Positions 1 through 7,246 of a DNA stretch of 11,392 nt are shown piece by piece. Numbering within the stretch: the first letter of the stretch is position 1; every line of letters starts with the position of its first letter. The stretch spans positions 1 through 11,392 of the forward strand of contig JBBISH010000163.1 of the NCBI GenBank assembly GCA_037441385.1. Direction: 5' to 3'. The position numbers and the translations under genes are program-made. The notes beneath the pieces are model-generated. The model was not told where the DNA came from, made no database searches, and saw nothing but the letters and a program-made list of their open reading frames with translations. This DNA is from Myxococcales bacterium (GTDB lineage Bacteria > Myxococcota_A > UBA9042).

Positions 1-2
1 GC

Positions 3-1250
3 GACCCCAAAACCGGCTGCACCACCAGCAACAACGCCAGCAAGTGCGACGACGGCAACGCTTGCACCGGCCCCGACGTCTGCAGCGGCGGCCAGTGCAT
101 CGGCGCCAGCAGCGGCTGCAGCGACGGCAACGCCTGCACCGACGACAGCTGCCAGTCCGGCCAATGCCAACACCCGGCCAACAGCGCCAGCTGCAGCGAC
201 GGCAACGCCTGCACCACGGGCGACGTGTGCGCGGCCGGCAAGTGCCAGAGCAGCGGCGTGCTCGACTGCGACGACAAGAATCCTTGCACGGCCGATAGTT
301 GCGACGCGGGGAGCGGGTGCGCCCACGTCGCCGCTGGCTCCACGTGCGACGATAGCAGCGCCTGCACGAGCCAAGACGCCTGCTCGGGCGGCTATTGCCT
401 GGGGCTCAAGGTGGACTGCGACGACCAAAACCCATGCACGACCGATAGTTGTGATTCGGGCAAGGGCTGCCTGCACGCCGCGGCCACCGGCACCTGCAGC
501 GACGGCGATGCGTGTACCCTGCAGGATTCCTGCAAAAACGGCCTGTGCGCCGCCGGCACACCGGTGGATTGCGACGACGCCAACTTGTGCACCACCGACA
601 GCTGCGACAGCCAAAGCGGCGCGTGCAAGCACGTGGACGCCAGCGCCAGCCTGTGCGGCGACGGCAACCCATGCACAGACGACCAGTGCAGCGGCAAGTA
701 CGGCTGCGGCCACGTGAACAACACCGCGGCGTGCACCGACAACAACCCCTGCACGATCGGCGACGGCTGCAGCGGTGGCGCATGCGTCACCACCGGCACC
801 CTGAACTGCGACGACGGCAAGGTCTGCACCGATGACAGCTGCGACGTCAGCCAAGGCTGCGTGTACGCCAACAACACCGCCGGCTGCGACGACGGCAACG
901 GCTGCACGCAAAAAGACGTATGCAGCAAGGGCAAGTGCGCCGGCACACTGTCGTGCGACGACCTGAACCCCTGCACCGACGACGCCTGCAATCTGCAGAC
1001 CGGCACCTGCGAAAATGTCGCCAATACCGCCCAGTGCGACGACGGCAACGCCTGCACCAGCCAATCGCACTGCAAGAACGGCGCCTGCAACCCCGAAGTG
1101 GCCGCCGTCTGCGACGACAACAACGCCTGCACCGACAACGTGTGCGACAAGCAAAAGGGCTGCCTCTACCCCAACAACACCGCGCCATGTCAGAGCAATT
1201 CGTGCACGGCCGAAGACGCGTGCAGCGCGGGCAGCTGCGCCTCGTCGGGC
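3..1250 (+). repeat. Protein-level tandem array of ~25-aa Cys-rich modules (~50-aa two-module super-repeat)
   Basis: Recurring tgcgacgacggcaacgcctgcacc-like words. Modules alternate between CTxxDxC and CTxDxC spacing. Confidence 0.9.
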
Positions 1251-2696
1251 AAGTCGAAGTATTGGGAGAAGATCTTCCCCGACCTGGGCTACAGCCACGA
1301 CGACTTCCTGACTGGCGGCGTGCCCCTGGCCGACGGAGCGCTCTTTGTCGGTTCGTCGCGCCCGAACTCGTCGATCGTCAACGGCCACGCCTTTATCTTG
1401 GCGCTGGGCCAGGCCGGCACCATCAAGACCTACAAGGCCATCGACACCGACTTGACGAGCACAGCCTTGTTCTCGATTGCCGCCGTGGGCGACGGAACCT
1501 ACGTCGTTGCCGGTGCTTATGCGGCCTCGCCCAACTACCAAGGCTTTGCCCAGCGCATCGACGCCACCGGCAACTCGCAGTGGCGCACCCTGGTCGACAC
1601 AACGCTGAGCTACGGCGTGGCCAACGGCACCGCGGCCTACGATTTTGGCAAAGGCGTAGCCATGCACCCCACCAAGGGCGAATTCGTCTTGTGCGGCTAC
1701 GGTCTGCAGTGCAACAGCAGCGCGTGCACCGACGAGCAGGGCTGGCTGTTCGCCCTGAACACGGCTGGCCAGGTGCTGGGCAGCGCCACCTACGACAACC
1801 AGTATTCGCAGCGCTTTGAGAAGTGCGCCTTCGTCTCGCCCAGCATCGTCGTGACGGTGGGCTCGAACAACGAGCCCGGGTACAAAGGCAACAGCGACGC
1901 CGAAGTGGTGTACTGGAATTACCCCGCCCTGACCAAGATCGCCTCGGTGCACCTGGGCACCGCCTTTGCCGACGAATTGTGGGCGGTGGCGGCGCTGGGC
2001 GACGGCACGTTCTGGGTGGGCGGCGAGCTGGACAACACCACCCCGCCGACGCGCTACGTCGCGCGCTTGAACGCCAGCGGTACCACCCTGGCCTCAAAGG
2101 CTTTTACGGGTTCGAGTGGCGGTGTGGTCACGGCGTTGTTTGCGTTGCCCGATGGCTCGGTGACGGCGGCCGGTGCCTTTGGCAGTTCGGGCTTGATGCA
2201 GATGCAGCGCGTGGATGTCACGGGCTACGAAGTGCGGCAAAACGTGTTGGGCACGTCGCCCAGCACGGTCACGATGGCTGCGGCAACCCGCGACAGCACC
2301 GGGGCGGGCTGGCTGGCCGGTGCGCATTACACCGGCAATTATACAATGGATCCATGGGTATTCCGCGTCGATCCTTGGCAGTACCCCAACTGCATCGGCG
2401 CGTGCGGCAGCTACACCTGGAGCACCTGCGACGACGCCAATGGCTGCACCACCGACGGCTGCGGCAACGACTGCACGCACACCCCGATCGCCGCCACTTG
2501 TGACGACGGCAACGCCTGCACCAGCGGCGACGGCTGCACGGGCACCACCTGCGCGGGGAGCGCGGTCGTCTGCAACGACAACAACGCTTGCACAGTCGAC
2601 AGTTGCGACCCCAAGACCGGGTGCGTGGCCGAGCCGTATCCCGACGGCTTTGTGTGCGCCACCGGCAAGACCTGCCAGGGCGGCAAGTGCCAGTGA
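3..2696 (+). CDS. Large Cys-rich repeat protein (Dictyostelium CTDC-like / myxobacterial Cys-rich modules) with an internal beta-propeller-like domain; 5'-truncated by the window edge
   Basis: The frame of the 225..2696 ORF is open back to base 3 (DPKTGCTTSNNASKCDDGNACTGPDVC...), so the GTG at 225 is not the true start. There are 19 complete CxDxNxCTx(x)DxC-type modules: 16 before and 3 after a non-repetitive domain at ~1260-2378. Stop TGA at 2694-2696. Codons are strongly C/G-ending in this frame. Confidence 0.9.
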   Translation, partial: DPKTGCTTSNNASKCDDGNACTGPDVCSGGQCIGASSGCSDGNACTDDSCQSGQCQHPANSASCSDGNACTTGDVCAAGKCQSSGVLDCDDKNPCTADSCDAGSGCAHVAAGSTCDDSSACTSQDACSGGYCLGLKVDCDDQNPCTTDSCDSGKGCLHAAATGTCSDGDACTLQDSCKNGLCAAGTPVDCDDANLCTTDSCDSQSGACKHVDASASLCGDGNPCTDDQCSGKYGCGHVNNTAACTDNNPCTIGDGCSGGACVTTGTLNCDDGKVCTDDSCDVSQGCVYANNTAGCDDGNGCTQKDVCSKGKCAGTLSCDDLNPCTDDACNLQTGTCENVANTAQCDDGNACTSQSHCKNGACNPEVAAVCDDNNACTDNVCDKQKGCLYPNNTAPCQSNSCTAEDACSAGSCASSGKSKYWEKIFPDLGYSHDDFLTGGVPLADGALFVGSSRPNSSIVNGHAFILALGQAGTIKTYKAIDTDLTSTALFSIAAVGDGTYVVAGAYAASPNYQGFAQRIDATGNSQWRTLVDTTLSYGVANGTAAYDFGKGVAMHPTKGEFVLCGYGLQCNSSACTDEQGWLFALNTAGQVLGSATYDNQYSQRFEKCAFVSPSIVVTVGSNNEPGYKGNSDAEVVYWNYPALTKIASVHLGTAFADELWAVAALGDGTFWVGGELDNTTPPTRYVARLNASGTTLASKAFTGSSGGVVTALFALPDGSVTAAGAFGSSGLMQMQRVDVTGYEVRQNVLGTSPSTVTMAAATRDSTGAGWLAGAHYTGNYTMDPWVFRVDPWQYPNCIGACGSYTWSTCDDANGCTTDGCGNDCTHTPIAATCDDGNACTSGDGCTGTTCAGSAVVCNDNNACTVDSCDPKTGCVAEPYPDGFVCATGKTCQGGKCQ

Positions 2697-2840
2697 GACG
2701 CACCCCTCCTGCTTCATGCCTGTACGGATTCTGGGACCCGATCCGTAACTGGCTAGAATCAGGCAGGAACCCTGGTTCGGGCTCGAGGAATTGGCACCGT
2801 TCTTGGGCCGATTCAGACAGATTCCGTATCGACCGACAAT

Positions 2841-2875
2841 CCCGCGCGGCCCAGCGTTGCCACTGATCGCGCGGG
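2841..2875. terminator. GC-rich hairpin between convergent genes; possible terminator or transcript-stabilising stem
   Basis: cccgcgcg (2841-2848) and cgcgcggg (2868-2875) form a perfect 8-bp inverted repeat, 19 bp beyond the RND stop codon. There is no U-tract, so it is not a canonical intrinsic terminator. Confidence 0.35.
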
Positions 2876-2894
2876 CAGCCCGGCGCCGCCATGG

Positions 2895-5800
2895 CTAGGC
2901 CGTCAGCACCGCGGCCGGTTCGCCTTGCAGCTCAGGGTCTTCAGGCTTGGCCCGCCGCGCCAGCACCGTGAACATGGCCGGCACCACGAACAGCGAGATG
3001 AGCGTGGACGAAGCCAGCCCGCCCACCACCGCCAGCGCGAGCGGTTGATTGGCCTCCGTGCCCGCCTCCAGGGCCAGGGCCGTCGGCAGCAGACCGGCCA
3101 TGGTCGCCAGGCTGGTCATCAGGATCGGCACCAACCGGGCGCGGGCGGCGTCGCGCATGGCACGGTGCACGTCGGCCCCTTGCTTCAGGCGGCCGTTGGC
3201 GTGGTCGACCAGCAAAATGCCGTTGCTGACCGCGATGCCCACCACCATCAGCGCGCCCATCAACGCGGTGACCGAGAAGCCTTGCCCGGCCGCCAGCAGC
3301 GCCAGCACGATGCCCACCAGCGCCACCGGCACGGTCAGCAGCATCACCAAGGGCAGGCGGGCGCTCTTGAATTGGGTCGCCATGATCACGAACACCAGCA
3401 GCACCGCCAGGCCCAGCGCCCCGCCCAGGCCGCCAAAGGTGGTGCGCATCAGCTGCACCTGCCCCACGAACTGGAACGGGATGGCGCGTGTCCGCTTGTC
3501 GGACTTCAGGCGCTGCTCCAAATCCGCAGCCGCCGAGCCGATATCGCGGCCCTCGGTCTGCATCATCACGTGGGCGGCGCGCTGCAGTTGGTTGCGCTCG
3601 ACCTGCACCGGGCCCAGCGAGCGGCGCACCTGGGCATACGCACCCAGCGGCACCGCGTTGCCGCCCGTGTGCACCGCCACCGGCACCTGACCCAAGCTGG
3701 CGGGATCGCGAATCGCGTCGCCCTGGTACTGAGTCACCACGTAGTAGGCCTGGCCGTTGCCCGCATCGACCCACACCCCCGGCGTGTTGATGTTGCCCAG
3801 GGTCGCCTCTAGCGTGGTCTGCGCCGCGGCGCGCGCCGTGACCCCCACCATGCCGGCAGTCTGGCGGTCGGTGTCCACGTGCACTTCGGGATAGGCGAGC
3901 TCCAGGGTGGGCCACACGTCGCGCACGCCGGGCACGCCGCGGGCCACCTCCATCACCGCCTGCGCTTGCGCTCCCAGCTCGTCCAGGTTGTCGCCGCGCA
4001 GCTCCACCACGATGGGCGCGCTGTAACCATTGGAGAAGACACTGGCCACCAGGCCGCCGGGCGCCTGCAGCAGCTCCACACCAGGGAAGTGCTGGGTCAA
4101 CAGACGGCGGGCGCGATCGGCCAACTCGCGCTGCGAATTGTGGCGGTGCTCGGCGTCTTTGAGCGACAGACGAATAAAGCCCATGTGCGGCCCCACGTTT
4201 GGGCTCGACATCGCGCTGCGGGCCGCGCCGGGAGCGCCCACGTTGGTCAGCACCACGTCCACCGCGCCCTCGGACAGCTCCTTGCGCAGCATCGCGCCCA
4301 TCGCGTTCAGCTTTTGGTTGGCCGACTCCAGCGAGGTGCCCGGCGCAAACCGCACCAGCACGCGCTCCATCGACTCGTCGATCTCGGGGAAAAACGTCGC
4401 CGGCAGCCGCGCCGCCGTCGCCCCCGCCACCGCCACCAGCGCCGCCACGCACGCCATCAGCAGCCAGCGGTACGGCAAAACCGCTTGCAGCGCGTGGTCA
4501 TAGACGTCGATCAGCTGCCGCACCTTGTGGTGCACCGCGTGCGCCAGCTTGCCGGGGTGGTGGTTTGGGCCCAGCAGGTAGCGGCAGGCCACCGGCGTGA
4601 CCAGCATCGACACCAGGTAGCCGGCGATCATCGCCGTGGCCACCGTAATCGCCAGCGGCGCAAACAGTTTCTTGGCCAGGCCGGTCAGTAGCAGCACCGG
4701 CAGCAGCACCACGATGGTGGTAATCGACGCCGCCAAGGTGGGCATCGCCACCGAGCGCGCCCCGTCCAAGGCCGCCCGCGTCAGCGACTTGCCGGCGTGC
4801 TGCTCGCGGTGCACGGCCTCTAGCACCACTACCGAGATGTCGACCAGTGGCCCCATCGCCAGGGTAAGTCCGCCTAGCGTAAAGGCATTCAGGGTCTGGC
4901 CGGTCAGGTACAGCACGATCAAGATGATGGCGAAGGAGATCGGGATGGCCGTCGCCGCCACCGCCACCGAGCGCGCACTCTGCAAGAAGAACAGAATGAC
5001 CAGCCCGATCAAGAACATGGCCCGCAAGATCTCGGTCTGCAGGCCGTGGCTGGTGGTGCGCACGAAGGTGCTTTGGTCAAAGACCGGCTTGACCTCCAGG
5101 CCCGGCAGCTTGTTGGGCAGGTTCGCGAGCTTGGCCTTGACCGCATCGACGATCTGCAGCGTGTTGCCGCCGGGGGTGCGCAGGACGCTCAAGTACACGG
5201 CATCCTTGCCATCCACCGCCACCGCCTGGGTCTCTGGCGCGCCGCCGTCTTCGAGCAGCGCCACGTCGCGGACCAGCACCGGGCGGCCGGCCACGCTTTT
5301 GACCACCGCCTCGCCCAGGGCCTGTAGCCGCGCCGGTACCGCGTTGGTGTACACGTTGGCATCAAAGCCCGGCTGGATGAATTTGCCGCTGGGCAACAGT
5401 GCGTTGGCGTTGCTGATCGCCGCCGCGACGTCGCCGGCCGTCACGCCGTGCGCCTGGGCCTTGACCGGGTCGACGCGCACGTTGATTTGCCGCTGGCGGC
5501 CGCCGTTGACCGAGGCGCTGGCCACGCCGGGGATGCCCTCCAGCAGCGGCTCGACCTGATTCATCGCGTAGTCATACAGTTGCGGTCCGGTCAGGCCGCC
5601 GCCCGACACGGTGACTTGCACCACCGGCGCGTTGGACGGGTCGTACTGCAGCACGAACGGCGGCAGCACGCCCAGCGACTTGGGCACCGCCGCCATCGCA
5701 AAGGCCACCTGCTGCTGCACCAGCGTCTGCGCAGCGTTCAGGTCGGTGCCCCAGGCGAACCAGACAAAAACAATCGAGAGGTTGTTGCGCGAGATCGACT

Positions 5801-6035
5801 CGACGTGGTCGACGCCCGGGGTGGCCGACACGTACTTCTCGATGCGCCAAGAGAGGGTTTTTTCTACGTCTTTGGCGCCCAGACCGGGCGCTTGGGTGCC
5901 GACCACCAGCACCGGCGGGCTGAGCTCGGGAAAGGTGTCGACGCTCATCCGCGGCACTACGACGGCCGCAAAAACCAGGACCACCAGGCTGAGCAGGAGC
6001 ACCGCCAGGGGGTTGCGCAAGGCCAAACGGGTCAT
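2895..6035 (-). CDS. Efflux RND transporter permease subunit (AcrB/AcrD/AcrF superfamily), 1046 aa
   Basis: Typical RND length and layout: N-terminal TM then VDTFPELSPPVLVV, GRQRQINVRVDP, TM4 region TLNAFTLGGLTLAMGPLVDISVVVLE, FFPEIDE, TM10 GIAVSNGILLVD, TM11 RLVPILMTSLAT, TM12 PLALAVVGGLASSTLISLFVVP. The ATG overlaps the upstream MFP stop (ATGA, 6032-6035). Confidence 0.96.
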   Translation of the reverse strand: MTRLALRNPLAVLLLSLVVLVFAAVVVPRMSVDTFPELSPPVLVVGTQAPGLGAKDVEKTLSWRIEKYVSATPGVDHVESISRNNLSIVFVWFAWGTDLNAAQTLVQQQVAFAMAAVPKSLGVLPPFVLQYDPSNAPVVQVTVSGGGLTGPQLYDYAMNQVEPLLEGIPGVASASVNGGRQRQINVRVDPVKAQAHGVTAGDVAAAISNANALLPSGKFIQPGFDANVYTNAVPARLQALGEAVVKSVAGRPVLVRDVALLEDGGAPETQAVAVDGKDAVYLSVLRTPGGNTLQIVDAVKAKLANLPNKLPGLEVKPVFDQSTFVRTTSHGLQTEILRAMFLIGLVILFFLQSARSVAVAATAIPISFAIILIVLYLTGQTLNAFTLGGLTLAMGPLVDISVVVLEAVHREQHAGKSLTRAALDGARSVAMPTLAASITTIVVLLPVLLLTGLAKKLFAPLAITVATAMIAGYLVSMLVTPVACRYLLGPNHHPGKLAHAVHHKVRQLIDVYDHALQAVLPYRWLLMACVAALVAVAGATAARLPATFFPEIDESMERVLVRFAPGTSLESANQKLNAMGAMLRKELSEGAVDVVLTNVGAPGAARSAMSSPNVGPHMGFIRLSLKDAEHRHNSQRELADRARRLLTQHFPGVELLQAPGGLVASVFSNGYSAPIVVELRGDNLDELGAQAQAVMEVARGVPGVRDVWPTLELAYPEVHVDTDRQTAGMVGVTARAAAQTTLEATLGNINTPGVWVDAGNGQAYYVVTQYQGDAIRDPASLGQVPVAVHTGGNAVPLGAYAQVRRSLGPVQVERNQLQRAAHVMMQTEGRDIGSAAADLEQRLKSDKRTRAIPFQFVGQVQLMRTTFGGLGGALGLAVLLVFVIMATQFKSARLPLVMLLTVPVALVGIVLALLAAGQGFSVTALMGALMVVGIAVSNGILLVDHANGRLKQGADVHRAMRDAARARLVPILMTSLATMAGLLPTALALEAGTEANQPLALAVVGGLASSTLISLFVVPAMFTVLARRAKPEDPELQGEPAAVLTA

Positions 6036-7246
6036 GGCGCACCCCGCTGGATCGGCTGCTCGATTTGCGCCAGCACCGCGTCGCCGTCGTGAACCAGCGC
6101 GCGACCCTCGGTAATGATGGGTGTTTCTGGCGGGAGATCTGGCTTGACGAACACCAGGCCGTCGCGCTCGCCCAGCACCGGCACCACGCGACGGCGCGCC
6201 TTGCCCTTGTCGACGCTAAAGACCGTCGCGTTGTCGCCGCGCATGCTTGCAGCGACCACCGGCAGTTGCAGAGCGGGCTGTGTGTCGCCGATCTGCAGGA
6301 GCAGCTCGACCGTGGTGCCGATCGGCAGGGCCCGCTCGCGGTTGGGCAAATCCAGCTCAAAGGCGACGTTGCGGGTGGCCGGGTCGGCGGCCGGGGCGCG
6401 CCGGCTGATGGGCGCGCGCACCTTGTCTTGGCTGGCCAGAAAGCGCAGGTCGACCTCTTTACCAGGCGCCACCGCTGCGAATTCCGTCTCGGGCACCGCG
6501 GCGGTCACCCGCACCGTGCTGCGGTCGACCAGGGTCAGCACCTCTTGCCCGGGGCGCACAAACGTGCCCGGGTCCACCAGCCGGGCCGAGATCTCGCCGT
6601 CGAACGGCGCACGCAGCACGCAATCGTCGACTGCCAAGGCGATGGCGGCGATGTTGGCTTTGGTCTCGGCTACTTGTGCCTGCAGCGCCTGGCTGATCGC
6701 CGCCTTCTGCTCCAGCTCGGCGTCGGCCACAAAGGTGCGGTCCACTCCTTGGAGGCGCGCAGCTTCGCGGGCCGCTTCGCGCTGGCGGGTCGTCAAGGCG
6801 CGGCTTTGCGCGGTCGCGGCCTCGCGGTTGGCGGTGCGGAACCGGCAGTCCAACCGCGCCAGTTCGTCGCCCTTGTGCACGGCGTCGCCTGGGCGCACCG
6901 CCACGCTCTCTACGTAGGCCGAGACGATCTGCGGGCCGATCGCGGCCCTTTGCAGCGGCTCCAAGGTGCCCACATAGCGGCGCTGCGGCCGCCACTCGGC
7001 GGTCTTGGCTGGCACTGCCGTGACGGGCCGCGGCTCGTCGGCCAGCGCGCGCTGATCCACCGACGCCTCGGCATGGCGCAACAGCAAGCCGTTGCTGGCG
7101 ATCACCGCGCCGGTCAGGCCCAAAAGAGTCAGCGGCACCCATAGGCGCGCCCACCGCCAGCGTTTCCGTGGGGCAGGGGCTGCGGGCGGGCTGTGCTGCG
7201 GCGCGGGCTGCGGCAGCGGCGGATCTTCAAGGTGCGGGGATGACAT
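6032..7246 (-). CDS. Efflux RND transporter periplasmic adaptor subunit (membrane fusion protein), ~404 aa
   Basis: N-terminal basic stretch plus TM (RKRWRWARLWVPLTLLGLTGAVI), lipoyl half-motifs VAVRPGDAVHKGDELARLD and LRAPFDGEISARLVDPGTFVRPGQ, and PAADPATRNV. Start moved from 7300 to the ATG at 7246, which follows GAGGAG and overlaps the OMF gene end by 20 bp. Confidence 0.93.
   Translation of the reverse strand: MSSPHLEDPPLPQPAPQHSPPAAPAPRKRWRWARLWVPLTLLGLTGAVIASNGLLLRHAEASVDQRALADEPRPVTAVPAKTAEWRPQRRYVGTLEPLQRAAIGPQIVSAYVESVAVRPGDAVHKGDELARLDCRFRTANREAATAQSRALTTRQREAAREAARLQGVDRTFVADAELEQKAAISQALQAQVAETKANIAAIALAVDDCVLRAPFDGEISARLVDPGTFVRPGQEVLTLVDRSTVRVTAAVPETEFAAVAPGKEVDLRFLASQDKVRAPISRRAPAADPATRNVAFELDLPNRERALPIGTTVELLLQIGDTQPALQLPVVAASMRGDNATVFSVDKGKARRRVVPVLGERDGLVFVKPDLPPETPIITEGRALVHDGDAVLAQIEQPIQRGAP

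Noticed and set aside
225..227. GTG start given for the Cys-rich ORF
   Set aside because: The frame and the repeat pattern continue upstream to the window edge.
1..1250. Regularly spaced DNA repeats as a CRISPR array
   Set aside because: The repeats vary at synonymous positions, stay in frame, and encode Cys modules; no cas genes are present.
2792..2806. Sigma54-like TGGCAC-N5-TTGG
   Set aside because: The -12 GC is replaced by GG, and the motif points antisense into the RND 3' end with no gene to drive.
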